A stretch of 64,000 nt of DNA, from contig CAVRXE010000004.1 in NCBI GenBank assembly GCA_963725055.1, positions 809,234 to 873,233 on the forward strand. The letters run 5' to 3'. The notes under the pieces are model-generated. The model was given only the letters and a program-made list of their open reading frames with translations, was not told the DNA's origin and searched no databases. Positions 1 through 10,614 of the stretch are shown here, piece after piece; the first letter of the stretch is position 1; every line of letters starts with the position of its first letter. Position numbers and translations under genes: made by a program. This DNA is from Candidatus Deferrimicrobiaceae bacterium (GTDB taxonomy: Bacteria > Desulfobacterota > Deferrimicrobia > Deferrimicrobiales > Deferrimicrobiaceae).

Positions 1-817
1 GAGGCTCGGGTGCGACGTCCGTGAGATCGATCTCCGTGAGGACTGGCTGGGCGCCGTACGGGGCGCGGGCGTCGATATCGCGTTCCTCGCCCTGCACGGG
101 CGGTTCGGGGAGGACGGCTGCATCCAGGCCGCGTGCGAGCTCGCCCGTCTTCCGTACACGGGGTCCGGGGTCGCGGCCTCTGCCATCGCGATGAGCAAGG
201 TGCTCGGGAAGCGGGTCGCCGCCTCGGTGGGCGTGCCGTGCCCGCCCGACGCGGTCTTTGAAGGGGCGGATCGCTCGGGGGCGAAACCTCCCGATTTCGG
301 TTTCCCCCTTGTGGTGAAGCCCGACCGGGAAGGGTCCACCGTCGGCGTCACGATCGTCCGCGGTCCGGACCAGTGGGAAGGGGCGCTGGCGGAGGCGGCG
401 AGGCACGACAGCCGAATACTGGCGGAGGGGTTCATCCCGGGACGGGAGATCACCGTGGGGATCCTGAACGGGAAGGTCCTCCCCGCGATCGAGATCGTCC
501 CGAAGTCCGGCTTCTACGACTACCAGTCCAAGTACACCGCCGGCCAAACGGAGTACGTGATCCCGGTGCCGATGGACCGGGACATCCTCCTCCGCGCCAC
601 GGAGTACACGCGGCGCGCCGCCCGGGCGATGGGGCTGCGGGGGGCCGCGCGACTCGACTATCGCGTCGACCCGGCGGGGAACGTCTTCTTCCTCGAGGCG
701 AACACGATCCCGGGGATGACCGAAACGAGCCTCCTCCCCAAGGCGGCGAAGTTCGACGGTCTGTCCTTCGACGACCTCGTTGCCGCCATCCTTTCCGACG
801 CGGGGCTCGGGAAATAG
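1..817 (+). CDS. ddl: D-alanine--D-alanine ligase, 5' end truncated by the window
   Basis: Frame from base 2 reads DIAFLALHGRFGEDGCIQ; FYDYQSKY and LEANTIPGMTETSLLP motifs; lies upstream of ftsQ. Confidence 0.95.
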   Translation, partial: RLGCDVREIDLREDWLGAVRGAGVDIAFLALHGRFGEDGCIQAACELARLPYTGSGVAASAIAMSKVLGKRVAASVGVPCPPDAVFEGADRSGAKPPDFGFPLVVKPDREGSTVGVTIVRGPDQWEGALAEAARHDSRILAEGFIPGREITVGILNGKVLPAIEIVPKSGFYDYQSKYTAGQTEYVIPVPMDRDILLRATEYTRRAARAMGLRGAARLDYRVDPAGNVFFLEANTIPGMTETSLLPKAAKFDGLSFDDLVAAILSDAGLGK

Positions 818-1663
818 ATGATCGAGTACCGCGCATACCACAAGCCCCGCCCCGGAAAGCGGGGTAGCGCCGCGCGGGCCGTGCGGAAGAAGGAAAAGGG
901 ACGGGCTTGTACGCCACCGCCGTCGAGGGCGCGACTCCGCCTGATCGGGTGGATCGCCGCCTGCCTGCTCGTCGTCGTGTTCACCGGCGTGGCGTTCGCC
1001 TCCGCCTATTCGTGGCTCACGCGTTCGCCGCTCTTCACGGTGCGCACCGTCGACATGAACCGGTGCGCGAACGTTTCGCTCGAGGAAGTGTGGGCGATCG
1101 TCCGCGGGGACGGATCCGGCATCCTCTGGTCCGTTCCGGCGAAGGAGATCGCGCGGCGCCTGTCCGGACACCCGTGGGTCGACTCCGTCTCGGTCCGCAA
1201 ATCCTTTCCGGACCGCCTGGTGGTGCGGATCCGGGAGCGCACGCCGGTCGCCATGGTGAACCTGGATGTCCTCCATTACCTCGACGAGGAGGGACGCCCG
1301 TTCAAGCGCCTGACCGCGTACGACCCGAAGAACCTGGCCATCGTCACGGGATTTTCCCGGGAGGAACTCCTCCGGAAGGACCCGGTCACGGTGCGCGATC
1401 TTCGGAAAACGCTCGACCTGCTGCGGGGCGTCGAGGCGGGCGCGCTTCGCCAGAACGTGTCCGAGATCCATTTCGACGCACAGGACGGCTTCACGGTCGT
1501 GACCCGGGACGCCGGGCTGCAGCTCAAGGTCGGGACGATGGACGTCAAGGTGGCGATCCGCCGGATCGAGGCGGCCATGCCCAGGATATCGGGGATGACG
1601 CGGTCCTCGGGAATCGCCGATCTCAAGACAGAGGGCCGCGTCTTCATGCGGCCGGGGGAGTGA
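818..1663 (+). CDS. ftsQ: Cell division protein FtsQ/DivIB
   Basis: Basic N-tail, one TM helix, POTRA-like HPWVDSVSVRKSFPDRLVVRIRERTP; sits between ddl and ftsA. Confidence 0.9.
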   Translation: MIEYRAYHKPRPGKRGSAARAVRKKEKGRACTPPPSRARLRLIGWIAACLLVVVFTGVAFASAYSWLTRSPLFTVRTVDMNRCANVSLEEVWAIVRGDGSGILWSVPAKEIARRLSGHPWVDSVSVRKSFPDRLVVRIRERTPVAMVNLDVLHYLDEEGRPFKRLTAYDPKNLAIVTGFSREELLRKDPVTVRDLRKTLDLLRGVEAGALRQNVSEIHFDAQDGFTVVTRDAGLQLKVGTMDVKVAIRRIEAAMPRISGMTRSSGIADLKTEGRVFMRPGE

Positions 1664-2896
1664 ATGGATACGAAAACGAATGATCAGGTGATCGCGGGGT
1701 TGGATGTCGGGTCGAGCCAGGTGACCACGGTTCTCGGGAGGAAGACGCAGGACGGCGTGGAGATCCTCGGGATGGGGGAGTGCCCCACGGAGGGGATGCG
1801 GAGGGGGGCCGTGGTGAACGTCGACGCCACGGTGAAGTCGATCCGGCAGAGCGTCACGGAGGCGGAACGGATGACCGGGCTGACCGTCGAATCGGTCTTC
1901 GTCGGGATCTCCGGACCGCTCATCAAGTCGTTCAACAGCCACGCGGCCATCTCGGTGAAGAATGAGCACGAGGTCGCCGACGCCGACTTCACGCGGGTCC
2001 TCGAGATCGCGCGCGCGGTGGAGCTTCCCAACGACCGGGAGATCCTGCACGTCCTCACGCAGGAGTTCACCGTGGACGACATGGCCGGGATCAAGGACCC
2101 ACGGGGAATGACCGGAATCCGTCTCGAAGCGCGCGTGCACGTCGTGACCAACGATGTCCCGGGGGCGCGAAACCTGGCGCGGTGCGTAGAGAAGGCGGAC
2201 CTCGACGTCGAAAGCTTCGTCCTCTCCCCCCTGGCGTCGGCCGAGGCCGTGCTCACCCCGGAGGAGCGCGAGGTCGGCGTGGCGCTGATGGACTTCGGCG
2301 GCGGGACCGTGGAAATCGTGATCTTCTTCAACGGTTCCCTGCGGCACACCTACGTCCTGCCCCTCGGCGGGAGCAGCATCACTTCCGACATCGCGATCGG
2401 TCTGAAGCTTCCCCAGTCGGACGCGGAGATCCTGAAGGTCTCCTCGGGATGCGCGATGATCCAGAAGGTGCGGCGGGACGAGCTGGTGGAACTGCCGGGG
2501 GTGGGCGGGCGGCTTCCCCGTCCGATCCGGCGTCAATATCTCAGCGAGATCATCGAGCCGCGCGCGGAAGAGATCTTCACCCTTCTGCGGAAGGAGATCC
2601 TCCGGTCCGGCTACGAGGAAAGCCTCGGAGCCGGGGTGGTGCTCACCGGCGGCGGGTCGAAGCTGGAGGGCCTCACCGATCTCGGGGAACGGGTGTTCAA
2701 GCTCCCCTTCCGCAGGGGAAACCCGATCGGGATCGGAGGATTGGTCGAGGTCGTGAACGGCCCCGCGTTCGCCACCGCGGTGGGATTGGTCCAGTACGGC
2801 GCTGGCGCGTCGGAGAGGGTCTACAGGCCGGCGGAGGCCCCTGCAGGCGGCGGGGTGATCGACCGGTTCAAGCGGTACCTGTCGGAATTTTTCTGA
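1664..2896 (+). CDS. ftsA: Cell division protein FtsA
   Basis: GLDVGSS, DFGGGT and VLTGGGSKL actin-fold motifs; C-terminal amphipathic [10 protein letters not shown]. Confidence 0.97.
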   Translation: MDTKTNDQVIAGLDVGSSQVTTVLGRKTQDGVEILGMGECPTEGMRRGAVVNVDATVKSIRQSVTEAERMTGLTVESVFVGISGPLIKSFNSHAAISVKNEHEVADADFTRVLEIARAVELPNDREILHVLTQEFTVDDMAGIKDPRGMTGIRLEARVHVVTNDVPGARNLARCVEKADLDVESFVLSPLASAEAVLTPEEREVGVALMDFGGGTVEIVIFFNGSLRHTYVLPLGGSSITSDIAIGLKLPQSDAEILKVSSGCAMIQKVRRDELVELPGVGGRLPRPIRRQYLSEIIEPRAEEIFTLLRKEILRSGYEESLGAGVVLTGGGSKLEGLTDLGERVFKLPFRRGNPIGIGGLVEVVNGPAFATAVGLVQYGAGASERVYRPAEAPAGGGVIDRFKRYLSEFF

Positions 2897-2925
2897 TACG
2901 GAATCCCTGGAAAAAGGAGGAACGG

Positions 2926-4128
2926 ATGGCCAGCACGGAGAAGGAGGCAAGGGGGAACCGGACGTTCACGATCATCGAGGAGAACCGATGTCACGCCGTC
3001 CTCAAGGTGTTCGGCGTGGGCGGTGGCGGCGGCAACGCCATTAACACCATGATCGAGGAAGGACTGCAGGGCGTCGAGTTCATCGCAGCGAATACCGACG
3101 CGCAGGCGCTGTCGCGGAGCCTGGCGCCTCTCAAGCTCCAGCTGGGGGCCCGTCTGACCAAGGGGCTCGGGGCGGGCGCCAACCCCGACATCGGCCGTCA
3201 GGCGGCCCTCGAGGACCGCGACCTGATCCGGGAGTCTCTCACCGGCGCGGACATGGTGTTCATCACGGCGGGACTGGGTGGAGGTACGGGGACCGGCGCG
3301 GGGCCGGTGGTCGCCGAGGTGGCGAGGGAGATCGGGGCGCTCACGGTGGCGATCGTGACGCGGCCGTTCTCCTTCGAGGGACAAACCCGGAAACGGCAGG
3401 CGGACGGGGGCACGAAGGAACTGCGGAGCCTCGTGGACACGATCATCGTCATCCCGAACGAGAAGCTGCTCCTGATCGCAGGGAAGGACATGCGGTTCGT
3501 CGAGGCATTCCGCAAGGTGGACGACGTACTTTTCCAGGCGGTCCGCGGGATCTCGGAGTTGGTCACGAAGCCCGGCTATATCAACCTCGATTTCGCCGAC
3601 GTGAAGACGATCATGTCGGGGATGGGCGTGGCGCTGATGGGGACGGGATCGGCCTCCGGCCAGAACCGGGCGGTCGCCGCCGCGGAGAAGGCGATCTCGA
3701 GCCCGCTCCTGGAGGACGTCTCGATCCGCGGAGCCCGCGGTGTCCTCATCAACATCACCGCCGGGGCGTCCCTGTCCCTGAGCGAGGTGAACGACGCGGC
3801 GAGCCTGGTCCGCGAGGAGGCCTCCGACGAGGCGAACATCATCTTCGGGACGGTGATCGACGAAACGCTGGGGGATGAGCTGAAGGTCACGGTGGTCGCG
3901 ACCGGGTTCGAGCCGGGCGTCGCCGACGGGGCGTGGAGGAACCCGCGGAAGGGGATCAAGCTGGTCAGCCGGGCCGACGATCTGCAGACCCCCGCGTTCC
4001 TGCGGGCCGCCGCGCCGAAGACGTTCGACGAGCGCCTGGAGGACCTTCCCCTGATCGACAAGGAGGCGGAGATCGAGTCGCTCGACGAGTTCGAGATTCC
4101 AACGTTCCTTCGTCGGCGGGTGGAGTAG
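2926..4128 (+). CDS. ftsZ: Cell division protein FtsZ
   Basis: [23 protein letters not shown] and C-terminal EIPTFLRR; ATG at 2926 follows AAGGAGG. Confidence 0.98.
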   Translation: MASTEKEARGNRTFTIIEENRCHAVLKVFGVGGGGGNAINTMIEEGLQGVEFIAANTDAQALSRSLAPLKLQLGARLTKGLGAGANPDIGRQAALEDRDLIRESLTGADMVFITAGLGGGTGTGAGPVVAEVAREIGALTVAIVTRPFSFEGQTRKRQADGGTKELRSLVDTIIVIPNEKLLLIAGKDMRFVEAFRKVDDVLFQAVRGISELVTKPGYINLDFADVKTIMSGMGVALMGTGSASGQNRAVAAAEKAISSPLLEDVSIRGARGVLINITAGASLSLSEVNDAASLVREEASDEANIIFGTVIDETLGDELKVTVVATGFEPGVADGAWRNPRKGIKLVSRADDLQTPAFLRAAAPKTFDERLEDLPLIDKEAEIESLDEFEIPTFLRRRVE

Positions 4129-4145
4129 CCGGCGGAACGGGAGTC

Positions 4146-5873
4146 GTGGGAAGGTCGCGCCGCGGGGGAGTCGGGCCCGGAAAAGAGATCTTCGCCGCGC
4201 GCAAGGATTGGGGAGTCGGAACCCGCGTCGCGCTCGTCTACCCCAACCGATACGCGGCGGGGATGTCGAACCTCGGGTTCCTCCTGATCTACGCCCGGAT
4301 CAACGCGCGTCCGGACGCCCTTTGCGAGCGGGCCTTTCTTTCGGGGGACGGGCGGCGACGCGCCCCTCCGCGGGGGCCGGGGGCCGGCCCCCCCGCGAAT
4401 TCGCCCGTCGAAGGGAGGACGCTCGAGAGCGGGCGCCCCCTTTCCTCGTTCGACGTCGTCGCGGTCTCCCTCTCCTACGAGAACGACCTTCTGAACCTCC
4501 CAGCGATCCTCGCCGCGGGCGGGATCCCTCCGTTCCGGGAGGATCGTGCCATCCCGGGCGGCCGGTACCCTCTCGTTATCGCCGGTGGGTTCGCCGCGTC
4601 GCTGAATCCCGAGCCGGCCGGGGTCTTCGCCGATGCCGTAATCGTGGGCGACGGGGAGCGCGCGGTGGACCGCCTTCTGGACCATATACCCGGTTCGGCG
4701 GGGGACCCGGGCTACCGAAAGGAACTATCGGCGATCCCCGGCGTGTACGTCCCCGGGGGGTACACGCCGGAATACGCGGAGCCGTCCCCCGCGGATCGGG
4801 CCGCTGGCGGACTCCCCGAGCTCCGGGCGCTCGACCCGCTTCCGGGGTTCCCCTCCCGTGTCGCACGCGAGGTCCTCGACCTTCGGACCCTGTCTCCGGC
4901 TCCGCCCGTCATCCTGTCGGAGGAGACGGAATTGGGCAGCATGTCCCTCGTCGAGACTTCCCGCGGCTGCCCGGGGATGTGCGGGTTCTGCGCCGCCGCC
5001 CACGCCTGCCCCACCTTCCGGGAGTTTCCCCTCGACCACGTGCGTGCGGCCGTCGACGCAGCGTGGCCCTATCGGAAAAAGGTGGGGCTCATCGGCGCCG
5101 CGGTTCTCGACTGGCGTCCCTTCCGTGAGCTGGCGCGGGAGATCCTCGAGCGGGGCGGGACGGTTTCGCCGGCCTCTGTGCGCGCGGACCTTGTCGACGA
5201 GGAGATCGCGGAGATCCTCGCGAGGAGCGGGCACCGCACCGTGGCGCTGGCGCCGGAGTGCGGAGACGCCCGGCTGCGCGCGCGGGTGGGGAAGCGGGTG
5301 CCGGACGAGACGTTCTTCTCCGCCGCAGAGGTCCTGGCCCGTTCGGGGATCGTTTCGTTCAAGTTGTATTTCCTGCTCGGCCTTCCGGGGGTGCCGCGGG
5401 AGGAAGAGGCCGGGGGGATCGCGCGGTTCCTCGGGACCTTCCGGGAGCGCGTTCTCGCGGTGGCGCGTGGGGTCGGCCGGATGGGGGTCGTGACATCGGT
5501 GCTCTCCCCCTTCGTCCCGAAGCCGTTCACGCCGCTGCAGTGGGCTTCGATGTCCCCGGAGGAGGAACTGAAGTCGCGGGAGGAGGAGGTAGGCGCCGCC
5601 GTCCGCGCGCTACCCAACATGCGGGTCTCCGCTTCGACCCCACGGGACGCGGTCGTGCAGGGGTATCTCGGGCTTTCGGACCGGAGGGTGGCCGCCGGCC
5701 TGCGGATGGCGCGCTCGGGAAAGCTCCCACGTTCCGCGCCCGGGTTGGCCGGTGCGCTGGCGTCGGTCGTCTTCCGGGAGAAGGGGGCCGGGGAGTTTCT
5801 CCCATGGGAGGTGATCGATGGGGGTCTGCGAAAGGGCGCGCTGCGCGCCCGCTACGAGGCCTTCTTCCGCTAG
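4146..5873 (+). CDS. Radical SAM protein with B12-binding-like N-terminal domain
   Basis: YPNRYAAGMSNLG; ETSRGCPGMCGFC (CxxxCxxC); SPFVPKPFTPLQW; start taken at GTG 4146, after the ftsZ stop. Confidence 0.85.
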   Translation: MGRSRRGGVGPGKEIFAARKDWGVGTRVALVYPNRYAAGMSNLGFLLIYARINARPDALCERAFLSGDGRRRAPPRGPGAGPPANSPVEGRTLESGRPLSSFDVVAVSLSYENDLLNLPAILAAGGIPPFREDRAIPGGRYPLVIAGGFAASLNPEPAGVFADAVIVGDGERAVDRLLDHIPGSAGDPGYRKELSAIPGVYVPGGYTPEYAEPSPADRAAGGLPELRALDPLPGFPSRVAREVLDLRTLSPAPPVILSEETELGSMSLVETSRGCPGMCGFCAAAHACPTFREFPLDHVRAAVDAAWPYRKKVGLIGAAVLDWRPFRELAREILERGGTVSPASVRADLVDEEIAEILARSGHRTVALAPECGDARLRARVGKRVPDETFFSAAEVLARSGIVSFKLYFLLGLPGVPREEEAGGIARFLGTFRERVLAVARGVGRMGVVTSVLSPFVPKPFTPLQWASMSPEEELKSREEEVGAAVRALPNMRVSASTPRDAVVQGYLGLSDRRVAAGLRMARSGKLPRSAPGLAGALASVVFREKGAGEFLPWEVIDGGLRKGALRARYEAFFR

Positions 5874-5882
5874 TGCAGCGGG

Positions 5883-6284
5883 TTACCCCGCCGAGACCCG
5901 CACCATCACGTTCCGGGTGCGGGGCCCGTCGAATTCGCACAGGAAGACCGACTGCCAGGTTCCGAGAACCAGCTGGCCGGCCTCTACGAACACGACGACG
6001 CTCGATCCGACGAGGCTGGACTTGATGTGGGCGTGGGAATTCCCCTCGGTGTGGAGGTATGTCCCGTCGGAAGGGGCGACCTGTTCGAGGCGGTTCAGGA
6101 TGTCCCGCCGGACGTTCGGGTCGGCGTTCTCGTTGATGGTGACCGCCGCCGTCGTATGGGGGATGAAGACCCGGCAGACGCCGCTTTTCACGCCGCTCTC
6201 CCGCACCACGAGGCGGACCTGCTGCGTGATATCGACCAGTTGCTGCGTGCTTTCGGTTTTCACGGTGATCGTCTTGAACGCCAT
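5883..6284 (-). CDS. YjbQ/UPF0047 family protein
   Basis: PHTTAAVTINENADP, EGNSHAHIKSSL and LGTWQSVFLCEFDGPR motifs. Confidence 0.92.
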   Translation of the reverse strand: MAFKTITVKTESTQQLVDITQQVRLVVRESGVKSGVCRVFIPHTTAAVTINENADPNVRRDILNRLEQVAPSDGTYLHTEGNSHAHIKSSLVGSSVVVFVEAGQLVLGTWQSVFLCEFDGPRTRNVMVRVSAG

Positions 6285-6359
6285 GGCGGAACTCCGCTCG
6301 AATCCGGAAGTTGCTACCTTCTTACCACGGAGCGCCCCCGGAGGGCAACCCGTGAACGT

Positions 6360-6389
6360 TTGCCGTGACCGGCCGGATTCCCATATAAT
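6360..6389 (+). promoter_or_regulatory. Sigma70-type promoter of the maf operon
   Basis: TTGCCG-N18-TATAAT, 9 nt before the ATG at 6399. Confidence 0.55.
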
Positions 6390-6398
6390 GCATTCCCG

Positions 6399-7028
6399 AT
6401 GGTCCCGTCGGCCCGCATGATCCTCGCCTCCGAGTCACCCCGCCGTCGGGAGCTTCTCGCCGGCGTCGGCGTTCCGTTCCGCGTGGTCCCGTCGGGAGTC
6501 GACGAAATTCCGCGTCCCGGCGAGTCTCCTTCGCGGTTCGTCCGCAGGGCCGCTCTCGACAAGGGGGAGGCGGTCGCCGCGCGGCACCCGTCGTCCTTCG
6601 TCCTGGCGGCGGACACGATCGTGGTCGCCGACGGCCGGATCCTCGGGAAGCCCAGGGACCGCGCGGAAGCGAAGCGGATGCTCTCGCGCCTCTCCGGCCG
6701 CGAACACAGGGTGTACACGGCGATCTGCCTCCTATGCCGCGAGCGCGGCTTCCGGGACCTCGGCACGGAGGTCACCCGGGTGCGATTCCGCCCCCTCACG
6801 GCGGCGGAGATCGCGGCCTACGCCCGCACGGGGGAGTGCGACGACAAGGCGGGGGCGTACGCAGCGCAGGGGGCGGGGATGCTGCTCATCGACCGGGTCG
6901 TGGGGTCGTTCTCGAACGTGGTGGGCCTTCCGATGACCCGCGTCGTGGCGATGCTCGCGCGGGCGCGGCTGATCCGGGTCACGCGAAGCGGCCCCTCCTG
7001 GTACGCCATCGCGGGCAGAGCGCGATGA
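6399..7028 (+). CDS. maf: Maf family nucleoside triphosphate pyrophosphatase
   Basis: ILASESPRRRELL, LAADTIV, LGKP, DKAGAY and NVVGLP motifs. Confidence 0.93.
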   Translation: MVPSARMILASESPRRRELLAGVGVPFRVVPSGVDEIPRPGESPSRFVRRAALDKGEAVAARHPSSFVLAADTIVVADGRILGKPRDRAEAKRMLSRLSGREHRVYTAICLLCRERGFRDLGTEVTRVRFRPLTAAEIAAYARTGECDDKAGAYAAQGAGMLLIDRVVGSFSNVVGLPMTRVVAMLARARLIRVTRSGPSWYAIAGRAR

Positions 7029-7747
7029 ACCCTCCGGGATCGCCTCCGGGCGAAGGTTCGCCGCTCGGGGAACGTGCGGGGTGGGTGCGGGACCGGATCG
7101 CGGACGCCGTACGACGGTCGGGCCGGCCGGCAGGTTCCGTGAAGCTGATCGCGGTTTCGAAGACCCAGCCACTCGCGCGGGTCCTCGAGGCGCACGCGGC
7201 GGGGTTGTCGGTGTTCGGCGAAAATTACGTCCAGGAGGCGGAAGAGAAGATCCCGGCGCTCCCCGGTGCCGAGTGGCACCTGATCGGGCGTCTGCAGGGG
7301 AACAAGGTTCGCAGGGCGGTCGGCCTGTTCTCCTGGATCCAGACGGCGGATTCCGCCAGGCGGCTCCGCGAGATCTCGCGTTGTGCCGTGGAATCCGGGA
7401 AGACGTCGCCGGTCCTGATCGAGGTGAATCTCGGCGGCGAGGGGAGCAAGGCGGGAGCCGACCCCGACGATCTGCGCTCGATTCTCGACGCTTCCTTCGG
7501 ACTCCCCGGAGTGCGGGTGGAGGGGTTCATGGCGATCCCGCCGTTCTCCGCCGACCCCGAGGGGAGCCGGCCTCACTTCGCGCGGCTGCGGGAACTGCGG
7601 GACGCGCTGGCGCGGGATATCCCGGGGTTAATGCTCGGGGAGTTGTCGATGGGGATGTCCAACGATTTCGAACAGGCGATCGGGGAGGGGGCGACAATGG
7701 TCCGCGTGGGGACCGCGATCTTCGGAAGCCGGCAAGGGAGGGGCTGA
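7025..7747 (+). CDS. yggS: YggS family PLP homeostasis protein
   Basis: LIAVSKT, FGENYVQE, WHLIGRLQGNK and LSMGMSNDF...VRVGTAIFG; ATG 7025 overlaps the maf stop. Confidence 0.95.
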   Translation: MNPPGSPPGEGSPLGERAGWVRDRIADAVRRSGRPAGSVKLIAVSKTQPLARVLEAHAAGLSVFGENYVQEAEEKIPALPGAEWHLIGRLQGNKVRRAVGLFSWIQTADSARRLREISRCAVESGKTSPVLIEVNLGGEGSKAGADPDDLRSILDASFGLPGVRVEGFMAIPPFSADPEGSRPHFARLRELRDALARDIPGLMLGELSMGMSNDFEQAIGEGATMVRVGTAIFGSRQGRG

Positions 7748-7751
7748 TATC

Positions 7752-8555
7752 ATGGCGCTCGGATTTCTCGGTGCGGGAAATATGGGGGAGGCGATGATCC
7801 GCGGCGTGCTCTCCGCGAAGCTTCGCTCCCCGGAGGAGATCGTGGTGTACGACGCGGCCCCGGGCCGGGGGGAGGAGCTGCGGCGCCGTTTCGGAGTCGC
7901 CGTCGCCCGCTCCGTCGGGGAGCTGCTCCTATCCTGCGACACGGTGGTGGTCGCCGTGAAGCCGCAGATCCTGTCGTCCGTCCTGTCCGGGATCTCCCGG
8001 GACGCTGCGAGGGGGAGGACGTTCGTCTCCATCGTGGCGGGCGCGAAGATCGCCCTCTTCGAGAAGGCGCTCGGGGAGGGCGCGAAGATCGTGCGGACGA
8101 TGCCCAACACGCCGGCGCAGATCGGCATGGGGAGCACCGGCATCTACTTCCCGTCCGTTATCGACGCGGCAACCCGACAGGAGGTCCTCGCCCTGTTCTC
8201 CTCCTTCGGGACGGTAGCCGAGATGCCCCGCGAGGAACTGCTCGACGCGGTGACCGCGCTCTCCGGTTCCGGTCCAGCCTACGCATTCCTCTTCATCGAG
8301 GCGTTGGCCGACGGCGCGGTGCGGGCGGGGCTGGGGAGGGCCGAAGCCTCGCTCCTCGCGGCCTCGACCCTCGAGGGAGCGGCGCGGATGGTCCGTGAGA
8401 CGGGGAAGCACCCCGCCGAGCTCAAGGACATGGTGATGTCACCGGGGGGGACGACGGCCGCCGGGGTGGCCGCGCTTGAGCGCGGGGCCTTCCGGGCGAC
8501 GGTGATGGACGCGGTGCTTTCCGCGTGGCACCGGTGCCGCGAGCTTTCGGGCTGA
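7752..8555 (+). CDS. proC: Pyrroline-5-carboxylate reductase
   Basis: GFLGAGNMG, RTMPNTPA, ALSGSGPAY and SPGGTT motifs. Confidence 0.96.
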   Translation: MALGFLGAGNMGEAMIRGVLSAKLRSPEEIVVYDAAPGRGEELRRRFGVAVARSVGELLLSCDTVVVAVKPQILSSVLSGISRDAARGRTFVSIVAGAKIALFEKALGEGAKIVRTMPNTPAQIGMGSTGIYFPSVIDAATRQEVLALFSSFGTVAEMPREELLDAVTALSGSGPAYAFLFIEALADGAVRAGLGRAEASLLAASTLEGAARMVRETGKHPAELKDMVMSPGGTTAAGVAALERGAFRATVMDAVLSAWHRCRELSG

Positions 8556-8571
8556 AAGGGGGAGGAAAGGG

Positions 8572-8871
8572 ATGTTCGTGGCGAAGAACCTGCTCGAAGC
8601 GCTGGCGACGATCATCGACTATGCGCTGTGGGCCTACATGTGGGCGTTCATCCTTCGGGCCGTGCTGTCGTGGGTCAGCCCCGATCCATACAATCCGATC
8701 GTTCGCGGCCTCTACGCGGTGACCGAGCCGGTCCTCTCCCGCCTGCGTCGGAAACTCCCGCTGTTCGCCGGCTCGATCGACTTCGCGCCGATGGTCGCGG
8801 TCCTCGTCATCATCTTCCTGCAGCGGTTCGTCGTGCGGACGCTGTTCGACCTCGCGCTGCGGATGCCGTGA
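8572..8871 (+). CDS. yggT: YggT family membrane protein
   Basis: LSWVSPDPYNPIV..LYAVTEP..IDFAP; conserved position after yggS-proC. Confidence 0.92.
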   Translation: MFVAKNLLEALATIIDYALWAYMWAFILRAVLSWVSPDPYNPIVRGLYAVTEPVLSRLRRKLPLFAGSIDFAPMVAVLVIIFLQRFVVRTLFDLALRMP

Positions 8872-9149
8872 GCCTCGCGGACGGCCCCTCCGCCACCGTA
8901 ACGGTCCGCGTGGTCCCGCGCTCCTCGAAGGAGGGAGTCGCCGGGTTCGAAGGCGGCGTAGTGCGGATCCGCCTCAACGCCCCCCCCGTCGAGGGGAAGG
9001 CCAACGAAGCCCTCGTCCGATTCCTCGCGAAGGCCGTGGGTGTTCCCAGGAACCGCGTCACGCTGGTAACGGGCGAGAGGGGTCGGAGCAAGATCGTCCG
9101 CGTCGCCGGCGTTACCCGCGAGGCCTTGATGGCCGCACTCGGCTTGTAG
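8868..9149 (+). CDS. DUF167/YggU family protein
   Basis: VRVVPRSS..IRLNAPPVEGKANEALVRFLA; GTG overlaps the yggT stop. Confidence 0.9.
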   Translation: MSLADGPSATVTVRVVPRSSKEGVAGFEGGVVRIRLNAPPVEGKANEALVRFLAKAVGVPRNRVTLVTGERGRSKIVRVAGVTREALMAALGL

Positions 9150-9156
9150 ATCCCCC

Positions 9157-10230
9157 TCACTCCACCCGGTGGATCCACCGGTGCCGGTCCTCGATCTCCC
9201 CGTACTGGATCCCCGTGATCTCCCGGTAGAGGCGCAGGGAAAGTTCCCCCGTCCGGCCCCGGTTGACCGGGACATCCTGCCCGCGACAGGAGAAGGCACC
9301 CACCGGGGAGATGACCGCCGCCGTCCCGGATCCGAACGCCTCCGAGAGCGTTCCGTCCGCGGCCCCCTTCAAGACCTCGTCGATCTCGACGGGGCGCTCC
9401 GCCACCGGGATCTTCCATTCCCGTGCGAGCGTGAGGACGGTGTCCCGGGTCACCCCGGGCAGGATCGACCCGGAGAGCGGGGGGGTGACCAGTTCGCCGC
9501 GGAGCACGAAAAAGATGTTCATCGTCCCCACCTCTTCCACGAAGCGGCGGTGCTCGGCGTCCAGCCAGAGGACCTGGTCGAACCCGACGGCCTTGGCGTT
9601 CTTCGCCGCGAGGAGGCTCGCCGCGTAGTTGCCCCCCGTTTTCGCTTCCCCCGTCCCCCCACGGGCCGACCGCACGTACGTCTCCTCGACGAGGATGCGG
9701 ACGGGGTCGAACCCCCGCGCGTAGTACGCCCCAACCGGGCCGGTGATGATGAAAAAGAGGACCTCCGCCGACGGGCGAACGCCCAGCCCGGCTTCGGTTG
9801 CGATCATCGTGGGGCGGATGTACAAAGAAGCCCCCTCGTCCCTCGGGATCCAATCCCGGTCGAGCCGCACCAGAGCGCGGAGGGCGGCGAGCTGGTCCTC
9901 GACCGGGATCTCCGGCAGGCACATGCGCGCCGCCGAGCGGTTCATGCGCTCCGCGTTCCGGTCGGGACGGAAGAGGCAGACGGCGCCGTCCCGCGCGAAG
10001 TACGCCTTCATCCCCTCGAAGATCTCCTGCCCGTAGTGGAGGACCATCGCGGTAGGGTCGAGCGTCAACGGCCCGTACGGGACGATACGGGCGTTGCGCC
10101 ACCCCGTTCCCTGCGAATAGTCCATCAGGAACATGTGGTCGGAGAAAACGTTCCCGAACCCGAGCTTTTCGCCGCTCTTCGGTTTCTGCCTCCGGCGGTT
10201 TTCCGGCGCCTGCGTCACCGCGATCTGCAT
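9157..10230 (-). CDS. ilvE: Branched-chain amino acid aminotransferase
   Basis: LHYGQEIFEGMKAY, LYIRP, AKTGGNYAASL, EEVGTMN and ILPGVTR motifs. Confidence 0.96.
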   Translation of the reverse strand: MQIAVTQAPENRRRQKPKSGEKLGFGNVFSDHMFLMDYSQGTGWRNARIVPYGPLTLDPTAMVLHYGQEIFEGMKAYFARDGAVCLFRPDRNAERMNRSAARMCLPEIPVEDQLAALRALVRLDRDWIPRDEGASLYIRPTMIATEAGLGVRPSAEVLFFIITGPVGAYYARGFDPVRILVEETYVRSARGGTGEAKTGGNYAASLLAAKNAKAVGFDQVLWLDAEHRRFVEEVGTMNIFFVLRGELVTPPLSGSILPGVTRDTVLTLAREWKIPVAERPVEIDEVLKGAADGTLSEAFGSGTAAVISPVGAFSCRGQDVPVNRGRTGELSLRLYREITGIQYGEIEDRHRWIHRVE

Positions 10231-10347
10231 CCCTTCTCCCTCCCCGCCCTACCACGGGCAGCGTTCCCTTCGGCGCGCGAGGAAAGATCCGCGCGCGAAC
10301 ATCATTTATACCGCAAACCTCCGGATCCGGAAAGACGCTCCGGCACT

Positions 10348-10526
10348 GGCCCGCATTTCTCACCAGGCTTCTACTGCGGCGGCGGATATGGGCATGTCTA
10401 CTGCGTTGCGCTCGGTCGGGCTCCTCGGCGTAGTGTCAACTACGCCTCCGGGGCCCTCGGTCGCGCGCCTTGTATCCACGCCCATCTCCACCACCTCGCT
10501 ACGAACCCTGGTGAGAAATGCGGGCC
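10348..10526. repeat. ERIC-like palindromic (MITE-like) element, copy 1
   Basis: Perfect 20-bp terminal inverted repeats GGCCCGCATTTCTCACCAGG (10348-10367 and 10507-10526); apical stem GGCGTAGT-GTCA-ACTACGCC. Confidence 0.85.
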
Positions 10527-10614
10527 GGGAATCCGCTTTCGGTTCGGCGGGCCGGCGTGTAAAATTACCGGACGGAACGACAGACCCGGTTTCCGACGGA
10601 AAGGAGCGGCAAGG

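Noticed and set aside
2182-2925. 648-aa FtsZ with a long N-terminal extension
   Set aside because: The extension overlaps ftsA out of frame; the real start is ATG 2926 with AAGGAGG
9169-10614. 712-aa ORF fused to the FKBP
   Set aside because: It is the antisense shadow of ilvE plus the hairpin element; the FKBP has its own RBS and signal peptide at 10615
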